Below, piece after piece: positions 27,415-36,272 of a stretch of DNA of 42,486 bases. The DNA comes from a virus. Taxonomy: Duplodnaviria > Heunggongvirae > Uroviricota > Caudoviricetes. The notes beneath the pieces are model-generated. The model saw only the letters and a list, made by a program, of their open reading frames with translations, was not told the DNA's origin and searched no databases. The translations under genes and the position numbers were made by a program. The stretch spans positions 1-42,486 of IMG/VR virus record IMGVR_UViG_2541047683_000004; one strand, written 5' to 3'. Numbering within the stretch: the stretch's first letter is position 1; each line of letters begins with the position of its first letter.

Positions 27415-28890
27415 TTAAGCATAGGGATCGTAATCTGTAATGGCCTTGCCTTGCTGGTTCTGCTGCCCGGGAATTCGCAGACGCTTCGACACAGGGAACG
27501 CAAACGTCAGCAGTAGCGCATCGCCTTTACCAGGAGAACGCCCAAGTCGCTCTTTGATATCTTCCTTCGGTTCGATAACGATTTTACCGTCCACGCGAAC
27601 TTTGTACTCTGCCGTCGACAGGTCGTCCGCTGTTTCCTGGTCATCCAGCATGCCGCCGAGCCTCAGCCATGTCTTGCATGAGTTGAACATCTCCCCACGC
27701 TTGTTGAGCATCTGCGGGTCAGTAGACGCGCCACCGAACGGAACAAGTTGCCATGTACGACCCCAGCCGTCACCGATTGACTTCAAACCGGTTCCGTAAC
27801 CGAAGTCGATGAACACCGCGTCAGCCTGATACTGGTCTTCAAAGTCAGCGATACGCTTCGCCATAATCAGATCGTCGGTAGTCTTGTTGCCAGTCCACAG
27901 CACCTTACTGTGTAGCCCCTGCCGCAGGTATATCACAGCGTCATCAACGCCGGAGTATGCCGGGTCAACGCCGATTATCACCGGAGCATGCGCCACCTGC
28001 GCAGCGGTTACCACCCGTTTCATTGCCTCATCAGTAAGACCGGTAGGGATAAACTGCAATTCAGATGCATCAGGGAATATGCCGCGCACACGGATTTTAA
28101 CGAAGTCGCTGTCTTCCCCGTAGTCATCAACCCATTTCTGCAACTGCTGTTTGTTAGTGCCTTCCACCGTCCGGCTGTCAATCTGCGCAGTTTTCCAGCG
28201 GTGTTTATATTTGCGGAAACATTCACGGAATCGCCCGGTATTACGCGTCGGGTTTCCGAACGCCACCCAGATAATCTCAGTGTCTTCGTCAGTTAGCGCA
28301 CCTTCGGCAACTTCCCACACCAGATCCGCAATGTTCGACGCTTCATCGAATACCACGATGATGCGTTTGCGCTCGTTGTGTAGTCCGGCGAATGCCTCAG
28401 TGTTGTGCTCAGACCAGGGGATTGCGTCAGCTCGCCACCGCTTGTCGTGCCCAGGATCATTGCTGTACATCGCGGTAGCGGTACAGGTAAACCAGTCTTT
28501 CGTGATAGCAAGGTTCGACCACTTGATAATTTCCGGCCAGGTCTTCGTTCGTAGCTGGTTGTCGGTGTTGGCGGTCACCACGACCTTACAATCCTCGCAA
28601 GTGGACATGCCCCAGTTGATCAGCATTGAGATGAATGCGGATTTACCAATACCGTGACCAGAAGCACGTGCCAGCATAAGCGGCTGATATTGCGTCTCTG
28701 GATTCTGCAGGTGATCACGTATCTCTCGGAACGCATCGGCCTGCCACTGACGTGGACCGGTGGCATGTGCCAGTTCAGTACCCTCTTCCCCCCACGGGAA
28801 CGCATAGAGGGCATAGCCAAGCGGATCGTGAGTGAACCCTGCAATATCCTCGATCAACTGCTCTTCAGGAGATAACGCTGTATCTGTCAC
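27415..28890 (-). CDS. Terminase large subunit
   Basis: 491 aa; Walker A-like RASGHGIGKSAF; position after small subunit. Confidence 0.8.
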   Translation of the reverse strand: MTDTALSPEEQLIEDIAGFTHDPLGYALYAFPWGEEGTELAHATGPRQWQADAFREIRDHLQNPETQYQPLMLARASGHGIGKSAFISMLINWGMSTCEDCKVVVTANTDNQLRTKTWPEIIKWSNLAITKDWFTCTATAMYSNDPGHDKRWRADAIPWSEHNTEAFAGLHNERKRIIVVFDEASNIADLVWEVAEGALTDEDTEIIWVAFGNPTRNTGRFRECFRKYKHRWKTAQIDSRTVEGTNKQQLQKWVDDYGEDSDFVKIRVRGIFPDASELQFIPTGLTDEAMKRVVTAAQVAHAPVIIGVDPAYSGVDDAVIYLRQGLHSKVLWTGNKTTDDLIMAKRIADFEDQYQADAVFIDFGYGTGLKSIGDGWGRTWQLVPFGGASTDPQMLNKRGEMFNSCKTWLRLGGMLDDQETADDLSTAEYKVRVDGKIVIEPKEDIKERLGRSPGKGDALLLTFAFPVSKRLRIPGQQNQQGKAITDYDPYA

Positions 28891-29483
28891 TGATTACCAT
28901 CCTGACGTTCTTTGAGTCGCTTCCTGGCTGCCGCTATGCGATCAGCAATTGTCACATTCACATTAACATCCAGGCGTTCTTTGAACGCGTTGACGTCGAC
29001 GTGCTTACCAATCAGTTCGAGGTTCTTCACCTTGTCAGGCCATTTAATTTTTTTGAGGATTGTCTCTATCGAATCCTCGTTCATGTTCATGATGGTCGAT
29101 GACAGATCAAAGCCACTAAGCGTAGTGCGCCAGATTTTCGGCCACTCGCGGATTGGCTTAAGGCTCCCATCGTCGTTGAGGATGTCGATCACGTCCATCT
29201 GGTCGATCTCCACCAGGCGCATGAGAACGTAATCAGCACTGACGCGCATTCGTTTGTTGCGCTCCTCCATCAACTCGGCAATCCGTTTTTGAATGCGTTC
29301 ATCGCGCATCATGACACTGGCTTTAACTGCCGCTGTATTTGGGGAGAATCCTGCGTTAATCGCTGCCTGAGTCTGGTTTTCAGGCGTTTTGATGTATGAC
29401 TGGCAATAAGCCTCCTGCATTGCTGTGAGCGGCTTAAATTGCGTTGATTTGCGTTTATAGGTTTTAGGTTCAGCAGGCATCAT
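28887..29483 (-). CDS. Terminase small subunit
   Basis: Start moved to internal ATG 29483; helix-turn-helix-like N-terminus; overlaps large subunit start. Confidence 0.6.
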   Translation of the reverse strand: MMPAEPKTYKRKSTQFKPLTAMQEAYCQSYIKTPENQTQAAINAGFSPNTAAVKASVMMRDERIQKRIAELMEERNKRMRVSADYVLMRLVEIDQMDVIDILNDDGSLKPIREWPKIWRTTLSGFDLSSTIMNMNEDSIETILKKIKWPDKVKNLELIGKHVDVNAFKERLDVNVNVTIADRIAAARKRLKERQDGNQ

Positions 29484-29557
29484 AACCACCGTGGTAATAG
29501 TTACCGTTGTGGTAATAGTACCATGCAAAATAAAGCCGCCATAGTTGGCGGCAGTAT

Positions 29558-29770
29558 TCAAAGTCCATCAAATTCATCGTAAAAACTCTCGTCAAGATAC
29601 CCTTCCCATTTACCGCGAATGAAAATTACATCCTCGCCGCAAGGGTGCTGACTGTCGATAACTATATCCCTCCTGGCGCAACCATACTTATGCATGAGAA
29701 ATTTAACCTCTTTCGGAAAATTTGCTGAGTTATCTCTCATATCTTCAAGGTCGTAGCGTATTTTTGGCAT
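29558..29770 (-). CDS. Small hypothetical protein (70 aa)
   Basis: ATG 29770 with AAGGTG RBS; palindrome copy 3 lies just upstream. Confidence 0.45.
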   Translation of the reverse strand: MPKIRYDLEDMRDNSANFPKEVKFLMHKYGCARRDIVIDSQHPCGEDVIFIRGKWEGYLDESFYDEFDGL

Positions 29771-29779
29771 AACACCTTC

Positions 29780-29791
29780 GTGACATGTCAC
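29780..29791. repeat. Perfect 12-bp palindrome GTGACATGTCAC (copy 3 of 3)
   Basis: Exact palindrome just upstream of RBS of gene 29558-29770. Confidence 0.6.
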
Positions 29792-30126
29792 ACTATTAAT
29801 TTCGTTTCATGCCAGCCTTTGGTCACCCAGCATTGCGAGTCACCATTACACGGGCATGAATTCACAGGAACTATCTCGCCGCACTTACCGCAACGTTTTC
29901 TGCTGATCGATTTTATACGCCCGCGCACGCGTGCATCATCCTGGCGGATCAGTAACGCTATATACTCACCAAATTCGTAAGGCGCACGCCCGGGGCGACG
30001 CGTGGCACAGTTACGCTCCAGCATTTCAATTTCCTGAGCATCAAGCACAATTTCCAGCTTACGCACACCAGATGCAGCTTGTCTGGCTCTCTGAGCGGCT
30101 TTGCGCTCTGCTGCTGATTTAGCCAT
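29788..30126 (-). CDS. Hypothetical protein with C-terminal Cys-rich zinc-finger-like region
   Basis: ATG 30126; CGKCG ... CPC motifs. Confidence 0.45.
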   Translation of the reverse strand: MAKSAAERKAAQRARQAASGVRKLEIVLDAQEIEMLERNCATRRPGRAPYEFGEYIALLIRQDDARVRGRIKSISRKRCGKCGEIVPVNSCPCNGDSQCWVTKGWHETKLIV

Positions 30127-30400
30127 CAATATTTACCTTTATCGCGAACACCTTTACCGGTTTATCGCCGAAGTGCGGATGTGTGATTGTCTTGATTTCA
30201 TATCCGCCATACGGAACATCAATTCTGCGGCTGGAGTCGTCGCGCTTCGGATATCCCCTTGTGATAATCAGGCGGTCATACTTACGGTTAACTAGGCGCT
30301 TATTCCAGTAGTCATTACACAGGCGATACTCTTCCGTTTTATCTCCGCGAATCATGGCATCGAAGTATTCACCTTTGACGGCAAGTTGCAGGTTAGCCAC
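30119..30400 (-). CDS. Small PUA/ASCH-like protein (tentative)
   Basis: GTG start with AGGAGG RBS at 7-nt spacing. Confidence 0.45.
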   Translation of the reverse strand: MANLQLAVKGEYFDAMIRGDKTEEYRLCNDYWNKRLVNRKYDRLIITRGYPKRDDSSRRIDVPYGGYEIKTITHPHFGDKPVKVFAIKVNIDG

Positions 30401-30402
30401 GG

Positions 30403-30915
30403 TTAACCTCCTGCGGCGGTTCTGGTAGCGGCATCCAGAACAAGGCGTTCCCTACCCTGAAGCATGGCAGCGCGGCAGGCGTTAAGCGCGTTTTGCACGC
30501 GTTTAGCGTTCTGTACTTCGTATTTAGGTGCGGCTGCCAATGCCCATAGCCAACCAATTTCATAGCTATCAGCTTTTGATAGAGCACATTCCATTTCCAG
30601 TGTTATTTTCTTAGGTACGAGTTGCCAATCATCTGGCACTACCGGTGCTGGCAGCTCGCGATACAGCGAGATTACACGACGCGGGTCCGCATATTTATCT
30701 GGCGGACACTGAAATATCTCACCGAAACCATACTTCCTGACATCGCGCAGTTCCTCTTCATCAGTCCATGCCACCGGTTCTGCTTCCAGCGATGCCAGAG
30801 CAATCCGTGCCAGCTCTTCCGCTTCTTCTGCTGGCAGTACAACGTTGCTACCAGGTCCGTATGTTTCGCGCCACTGCTTGATTGTCAGCAGTCGCTCTTT
30901 GGTAATAGTGATCAT
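30403..30915 (-). CDS. Hypothetical phage protein (170 aa)
   Basis: Coupled in operon. Confidence 0.45.
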   Translation of the reverse strand: MITITKERLLTIKQWRETYGPGSNVVLPAEEAEELARIALASLEAEPVAWTDEEELRDVRKYGFGEIFQCPPDKYADPRRVISLYRELPAPVVPDDWQLVPKKITLEMECALSKADSYEIGWLWALAAAPKYEVQNAKRVQNALNACRAAMLQGRERLVLDAATRTAAGG

Positions 30916-31427
30916 GCCGCGTTTCCTTCTTTCTTATTAACAATTACACCGTCATATATTTCATTAAGGTGCCCTCTCAACTCCATGCGCCTTAATGCAG
31001 ATAACATGTAATCGCATTCAACCTGCTTATTTCCAGTAAATGGCTTATCGTCAGGATTACCCCAACAGCAATTACCCTTGGGCCACCCATGTACTTTCCG
31101 TACTCTTCCGTTAACAACGTGAAGTAATCCCCAGCCAGGTGGTAAATCCTCAATTGAAATAATTCCCGGCTCACTAATAAAGAATCGCCAGTCGCCCATG
31201 CCAAGTGAGGGATTTTTACGGAAACGCTTTTTTCTATCTGCCAACAAGTCAGCACGAGAACACTTCGCCTCTATCAGGCATGATGCTGAATTTCTGAACC
31301 CCATAGCATCTGGCTGTTCTCCGGTACTGGTTACAGCTATAAAGCGGTCATGAAAACAAACCTTGAACCCGTTGCGCTTAAGGAACTTGTACGCAATTTG
31401 ACAGAGTTCGCGGTGTGTTAACGCCAT
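30912..31427 (-). CDS. Putative PD-(D/E)XK-type nuclease
   Basis: Start at ATG 31427 with AAGGAG RBS; motif CLIEAKCSRADL resembles E-x-K active site. Confidence 0.45.
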   Translation of the reverse strand: MALTHRELCQIAYKFLKRNGFKVCFHDRFIAVTSTGEQPDAMGFRNSASCLIEAKCSRADLLADRKKRFRKNPSLGMGDWRFFISEPGIISIEDLPPGWGLLHVVNGRVRKVHGWPKGNCCWGNPDDKPFTGNKQVECDYMLSALRRMELRGHLNEIYDGVIVNKKEGNAA

Positions 31428-31428
31428 A

Positions 31429-31617
31429 TCACTCTCCTTTAGTGCGCAAATGGTTTTTCCAGCGGTTTTGCGCCGCGCTGGGCTTTTTGCAAAAACCACA
31501 ATCCATCATCCCGTAATATTTCATCAACCCCATCCGTCGGTTGCTGAGTCTCACCCACTGCCAGACGCCAGGAGCGTTTCTACGAACTAACAGAATCTTT
31601 GCTTTACGGTTTTTCAT
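31429..31617 (-). CDS. Small basic protein, paralog 2 (MKNRKAK...)
   Basis: 62 aa; start overlaps stop of upstream paralog (ATGA). Confidence 0.35.
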   Translation of the reverse strand: MKNRKAKILLVRRNAPGVWQWVRLSNRRMGLMKYYGMMDCGFCKKPSAAQNRWKNHLRTKGE

Positions 31618-31790
31618 CTTACTGCGTACCCTTTCTTCCGCCTGTTCTGTGACGCAGTAGGCTTACGCTTTGCGGCAAAAGCCACCTGACCAAATGGATG
31701 GAGTACCGCTATCTTATGGTTGCTAATAACCAGCTCCACCACACGCACAGGCCGCTGTAAAAAAAGTCGTTTTGCCTTACGGTTTTTCAT
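31614..31790 (-). CDS. Small basic protein, paralog 1 (MKNRKAK...)
   Basis: 58 aa, same N-terminal MKNRKAK as downstream ORF; not in ORF track (under 60 aa). Confidence 0.3.
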   Translation of the reverse strand: MKNRKAKRLFLQRPVRVVELVISNHKIAVLHPFGQVAFAAKRKPTASQNRRKKGYAVR

Positions 31791-31962
31791 CGCTTTGCTC
31801 TCCTGCGTCTCTTTGCTGCTCGTCGTGCCGCTGCAATACCGGTATGGCGGCGCTTTGGTGCCGGGATGATGTTGTCAGCCATCAGGACATGTGGCTTTGC
31901 AATTAGCGCAGAAGCCCAAAAACGAGTCGGGTACGGTAACAAGCTGATACATACCACACGCA

Positions 31963-32790
31963 CTACTCACCTCCGTTGATACGGATGCCAGTAGCGCGGA
32001 TTGCATCGATGACTTCAGAAACTTTGTATGCCATTACCGTTTGGTAATCATCGTGAAAATCTGTTCGATGAAGCATGCTGCTACGTTCTGGGAGCGATAT
32101 TTCCCGTGCTTCCAGTTCTGCTATGCGCTTCTCTGCGGATTCCAGCGCCGCAACCAATTCGTCTACAGTTCCGGCAGCTTGCAGTGCGTAATCGGTAATA
32201 GCCATCTCATGATCAATTTCAGTACCGTTCTCATTCGTTGAGGTGATAGCAAAATAATCAGAGTCGATTTCGTTATCAGCTAAGTGGCGTAGCGTATCGG
32301 CAACAAGCCGGCCGTTTTCGATTAGCAGCTTCCCAACCGTAAGAGCAATTTCCTCGTTCTCCTGGTCGCGGGATTTGATGTACTGCTGGTTTCTTTCCCG
32401 TTCATCCAGTAGTGCCAGCACGGTTTCTGGTCCGGCCAGAAATTTGAAGGCGTTGAGCGCATCAATATCCACACCGTAATCTTTAAGTTCTTGTTCACTT
32501 AACAAATCATCATCAGCTGGCAACATTAACAGGCGTTCCATTGCCGGAATTGCACGCTCTGCCGCCTCACGCAGTGCCTGATAGTCAATCTTGCTCACTG
32601 TTTGCCTCCTTTGCTCGCTGATTCCACTCTGCTCTAACCTCTGAATAAAAAATCGCGCAGTCATTTCCAGGCGCTGCATATTTGCTACCAGATTGAGCGC
32701 GACACGTACCGCATCGAACGAAATAGAATCGACCGCCAGAGCCATATTCAGGGTGATCTGCTTAGCTGGCAACGTGCGCTGCACCGCCAC
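31963..32790 (-). CDS. Hypothetical phage protein; start uncertain
   Basis: Long ORF, GTG or internal ATG start without clear RBS. Confidence 0.4.
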   Translation of the reverse strand: MAVQRTLPAKQITLNMALAVDSISFDAVRVALNLVANMQRLEMTARFFIQRLEQSGISEQRRQTVSKIDYQALREAAERAIPAMERLLMLPADDDLLSEQELKDYGVDIDALNAFKFLAGPETVLALLDERERNQQYIKSRDQENEEIALTVGKLLIENGRLVADTLRHLADNEIDSDYFAITSTNENGTEIDHEMAITDYALQAAGTVDELVAALESAEKRIAELEAREISLPERSSMLHRTDFHDDYQTVMAYKVSEVIDAIRATGIRINGGE

Positions 32791-32814
32791 AGAATGGACA
32801 TGGTAGTAGGTTGC

Positions 32815-33444
32815 TCATGAATGCACTCCCTTGTGAAGCTGTTCCGCACAATGCAGCAGGGCGTCAGTCGCCTCTTTCACCGTAACGCAGTCGCCATCGT
32901 CCAGCCCGGACACCGACGCGTGCTTAACGAACGCCGCGCAAAGGTCATCAAACGCCTTAGCCCGGACTTCAGCCAGGAAAGCATCGGTGGCTGGGGTTTC
33001 GATATTAGGCAGAAGCGCATAATCGCAAATCGTATCGATCGCAGGATCGCAACAGTCATCCTCGTTGCGTGGTCGTTCGCCAACCTTCGTTGACGATTGC
33101 ATGATGATTCCCCAGCAAATACTATCGACCTCTTCGCTCCATCCATCGCAAGCATCACCGCGATAGTCGTCAATTGCAGCCTCAGCCGATTCGATAGCTT
33201 CCTCAGCAGTTTTGTGCCATTCGAAATTATGCTCAGAGCCATATGAGAAATATGAATGTCCCGCCTTCATCACCGCATTCTCCGCTGCCAGCGCATTAGC
33301 ACGCACCAGTTGCACTTCCAGTTGCGTTGCCAAATCGCTGATCAGCTTTGCCACACTGCGCATATCAACGGCACCACATTCTGCTTTCAGTTCCGAAGCC
33401 ATCTCATGCCCGGCGGAAACTAACCCTTTGATATTACTTTCCAT
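32815..33444 (-). CDS. Hypothetical acidic phage protein (209 aa)
   Basis: ATG with AAGG RBS. Confidence 0.45.
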   Translation of the reverse strand: MESNIKGLVSAGHEMASELKAECGAVDMRSVAKLISDLATQLEVQLVRANALAAENAVMKAGHSYFSYGSEHNFEWHKTAEEAIESAEAAIDDYRGDACDGWSEEVDSICWGIIMQSSTKVGERPRNEDDCCDPAIDTICDYALLPNIETPATDAFLAEVRAKAFDDLCAAFVKHASVSGLDDGDCVTVKEATDALLHCAEQLHKGVHS

Positions 33445-33505
33445 CTTTACCTTCGCTTATCCACATAACTTATTGATTACATTGATAACTAAAAAGATCG
33501 TCGAT

Positions 33506-33850
33506 TCAGAACTCTTCGATGTTCCAGCCACCACCTGCTTTCTTTGGCTTAACCGTTACCCCGATGATTCGGAACGGATACTGATCTGCGGCGACTTTGG
33601 TTTTCACCCTGGCGTCGTCGGTCCAGAAACCTTTCACTTCGTGCAGTTCCATCTCGCCGGTGGCGAGCATCACAGCAAAATCGGGCGTATAGAACGTGTT
33701 GTCAGCTAACCGCAACTTGATACCCTCGAATCGATACCAGGCGATTTCCCCTGCACGTTTACGCTGCTCAAGGTGCTGGCAATACGCAGATTCTGTTTTG
33801 TTCATCTGGCCTGTTTTGAGTCGACCAAGAGCCTGTATCTGTTTTCTCAT
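33506..33850 (-). CDS. Small phage protein (114 aa), DUF1064-like (tentative)
   Basis: Operator copy abuts its ATG. Confidence 0.45.
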   Translation of the reverse strand: MRKQIQALGRLKTGQMNKTESAYCQHLEQRKRAGEIAWYRFEGIKLRLADNTFYTPDFAVMLATGEMELHEVKGFWTDDARVKTKVAADQYPFRIIGVTVKPKKAGGGWNIEEF

Positions 33851-33852
33851 GA

Positions 33853-33869
33853 TTTACCTCTAAGGTAAT
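33853..33869. promoter_or_regulatory. Operator-like palindrome (copy 8)
   Basis: tttacctctaaggtaat. Confidence 0.55.
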
Positions 33870-33914
33870 TAAAAACCACATAAGACACGAAATCAATAGA
33901 GTTTAGAATGTTTT

Positions 33915-33931
33915 GTTACCTGATAGGTAAT
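33915..33931. promoter_or_regulatory. Operator-like palindrome (copy 9)
   Basis: gttacctgataggtaat; with copy 8 brackets a candidate internal promoter. Confidence 0.55.
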
Positions 33932-33967
33932 TATTGAGACGTAAAAAAATGCGCTATCGCGCTGGTA

Positions 33968-34744
33968 TTACTTGATAAATCCTGCCGCCTTTCCCCGCCT
34001 GTATTCCTCCATCAGCCACTGCGCCGGTGTTATTCCCCCCAGGGTGGCGGCGTTAGGCATACACCCGAAACTTCGCCCTGGTGGATGGTAAACGTCTCTC
34101 CCTGTGTCCGGAGGCGTACTCATGGGCTCTGGCTTTGCCTGTATGCTGATCACCGGATCGGGTATCTGCTGTCCGGAAGCCACCTTTTTCGCCCAATCAT
34201 CGAGCAGCCTGCGCGCGTGTTTCTCAACCTCAATCTCGCTAAGCTGGCGCTGATACATTGCACGGCGGGTATCACATACGACCCAGTACATAACCGGATG
34301 TCGCCACGGGAATCTTTCGGGACCACCAGGATATAAACTTTTTTCCTTGCTGTACCGGTGAAACTCCGCCATCACATCGTCAATGGTGACGCCAAGAACC
34401 ATCTTGCTGTCTTTGCACCACTTGATGAATTGCCCAGGCGACGGCCAGAACGGAGATTCACTGGCGCGGGCGTGGCGCATACCAGCGTTAACCTGTTCCA
34501 TTGTTGTGATCCCATTCTCCAGAAAGGCAAGCATCCATTGCTTACGGAATTCATTAAGTTTGTTCTGCTCCCTTATGGTCGAAACGCTTGCAGGAAATGC
34601 AGCCTGTAACTGGACAAATAGTTCATTGAAAATTCTAGCAACCTGCTCCTTTTTGCCATTGCTGTCACGCCGCTCTTCATGCACAGCAACACCATGCTCA
34701 CGTAAGCGATCGTACTCATTGAGAAGTTCTGGAGTTGATTTCAT
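33968..34744 (-). CDS. Putative replication protein (258 aa)
   Basis: Downstream of and overlapping the iteron-containing initiator-like gene; GGGGTG RBS. Confidence 0.45.
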   Translation of the reverse strand: MKSTPELLNEYDRLREHGVAVHEERRDSNGKKEQVARIFNELFVQLQAAFPASVSTIREQNKLNEFRKQWMLAFLENGITTMEQVNAGMRHARASESPFWPSPGQFIKWCKDSKMVLGVTIDDVMAEFHRYSKEKSLYPGGPERFPWRHPVMYWVVCDTRRAMYQRQLSEIEVEKHARRLLDDWAKKVASGQQIPDPVISIQAKPEPMSTPPDTGRDVYHPPGRSFGCMPNAATLGGITPAQWLMEEYRRGKAAGFIK

Positions 34745-35546
34745 CCCACACCCCTTCTATCCAGTCAGTGTTATTCCAGTCAAGCTCATCGCTTTTCCCG
34801 GCGTTTTTTGATTTTCCCCTGATATGATTTACGTGCCTGGCGAATTTTTGTTCCCACTGAACCTGCGTGAACACTTTGCCCTCAGCCATCCAGTAATCCC
34901 GGAATGCAGCAAGTTCAGCAGGTGTAAATTCCGGTTCCGGCAGGGCCGTTCCCCACAGCGCAGCACGCCGTCGAAAATCCGGCGACGGATGCCAGCCATC
35001 GGTCATCGGAAATTTCCCGATGGGTTCACTCAGGCCATCCAGAAATTCAGGTTCAGCCACCTGCAACGGCATACCGTTCGCTTCACTGGTCGGAGCACCA
35101 TCGCGCACGTGCGCTATGTGTGGGGTTTTATATATATCTTCCTCTTCCTCTTCCTCTGGTAACTCCTTTTGTAACGCTGTTGGCGTTACTTTTTGCGTTA
35201 CTCGTTTTCGATGCTCTGCCACTCTTCTATTCGTAAGTGCACGTTTTTTCGATGATTCTCCATTATGTCGCTCAAAGTTTGGAAGGATTAGTTTGCCGTC
35301 ATGATAAGCAAGCCATCCGACGCTAATGAGGGCGTCAGCAAATCCTGTAATAAAAGCGAGTCTATCAAGTACTCCTTTTGTAACGCTGCCAGCGTTACCG
35401 TCTATTGTTTGCTGGTCAGCCCATGCCCATATACGAACCAGCTTTCCAAGAACAGCATCTGGATCAATACCCAGAATTTCTGCTATCTGAAAAATTTCAG
35501 GTTTATCAGGAGTGATAACTTCAACCTTAATCCAGCTGCTTGCCAT
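34716..35546 (-). CDS. Putative replication initiator with acidic linker; contains iteron-like repeats
   Basis: Start at ATG 35546 with GAGGGGAA RBS; poly-Glu linker; two palindromic repeats inside the gene. Confidence 0.5.
   Translation of the reverse strand: MASSWIKVEVITPDKPEIFQIAEILGIDPDAVLGKLVRIWAWADQQTIDGNAGSVTKGVLDRLAFITGFADALISVGWLAYHDGKLILPNFERHNGESSKKRALTNRRVAEHRKRVTQKVTPTALQKELPEEEEEEDIYKTPHIAHVRDGAPTSEANGMPLQVAEPEFLDGLSEPIGKFPMTDGWHPSPDFRRRAALWGTALPEPEFTPAELAAFRDYWMAEGKVFTQVQWEQKFARHVNHIRGKSKNAGKSDELDWNNTDWIEGVWDEINSRTSQ
35162..35398. repeat. Iteron-like repeats (candidate origin of replication)
   Basis: ACTCCTTTTGTAACGCTG at 35162-35179 and 35371-35388, each followed by palindromic partner GCGTTAC. 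Confidence 0.5.
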
Positions 35547-35721
35547 AGGTTTCCCCTCTTGCACTCTTTAGTGCACAAGCAAATTCATTACGATGGCGGT
35601 TGGCGCTATTCATTGCACATTCAACACATGTTCCGTTCAGAACATACCTTTCAGAGAGATGGCCGTGACGGCACCGCTTTCCTGTGAAATAGCGATTTAA
35701 CCCGGCTTTTGCGGCCTCCAT
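35527..35721 (-). CDS. Small Cys/His-rich protein (64 aa), possible zinc-binding regulator
   Basis: ATG 35721; motif CRHGH ... CVEC. Confidence 0.35.
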   Translation of the reverse strand: MEAAKAGLNRYFTGKRCRHGHLSERYVLNGTCVECAMNSANRHRNEFACALKSARGETYGKQLD

Positions 35722-35837
35722 TCTGGTTACTATCTTCAATTTTTCCGCCCCTTTTTGTTATTGATATTGGCTATTTTGCACAATTGGAAAATTTGATCAA
35801 CCAGATTTGGTTTTTTATTACCTTTGAGGTGCGAATA

Positions 35838-35865
35838 GATATGAAAAGACCGCCAGGTGGCGGTC
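35838..35865 (-). terminator. Intrinsic terminator after Cro-like gene
   Basis: gaccgcc-acct-ggcggtc followed on minus strand by T-run. Confidence 0.55.
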
Positions 35866-35887
35866 TACAGAGGGTTGTGGCTGAATA

Positions 35888-36118
35888 TCATGAGTAGAAG
35901 AAGTATGCCAGTTCTGCTTTTGAGCGCAGCCATTGTCTTGTTTTACAGGCTTTAAAAAGCCCATTCATCAATACCTTACCTGGCATTTTGCGCTTACCTG
36001 TTAAGTGAGTCTGGATATAGTGACTCGTCGTTCCGGCTTCCTGTGCGAAGGCTTCACGCTCATCCGGAGTAAGTGCAAGCCAGTGCTTTTTGAAATCGAA
36101 ATGTCCGTTATCGCTCAT
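35888..36118 (-). CDS. Cro-like small HTH regulator (76 aa)
   Basis: Divergent from repressor gene across operator-rich region; helix-turn-helix-like segment EAFAQEAGTTSHYIQ. Confidence 0.5.
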   Translation of the reverse strand: MSDNGHFDFKKHWLALTPDEREAFAQEAGTTSHYIQTHLTGKRKMPGKVLMNGLFKACKTRQWLRSKAELAYFFYS

Positions 36119-36130
36119 AGCTATTGCCTG

Positions 36131-36154
36131 ATATTTATTTCAGATAATAAATAT
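36131..36154. promoter_or_regulatory. AT-rich inverted repeat ATATTTATT-N6-AATAAATAT in immunity region
   Basis: 9-bp perfect arms, 13 nt upstream of Cro-like ATG. Confidence 0.45.
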
Positions 36155-36201
36155 TCACCCATAAGGTAACAAAAATCAAGGATAGTTACCTATGGGGTGC
36201 A

Positions 36202-36218
36202 TTTACCTGTTGGGTAAT
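36202..36218. promoter_or_regulatory. Operator-like palindrome (copy 10) in immunity region
   Basis: tttacctgttgggtaat; nearby inverse arrangement GGTAAC...GTTACC at 36165-36190. Confidence 0.55.
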
Positions 36219-36272
36219 ATTGCTTTAAATTGAATCATCTACTGATTCATATATGAGGCGATTTTCCAGAAA

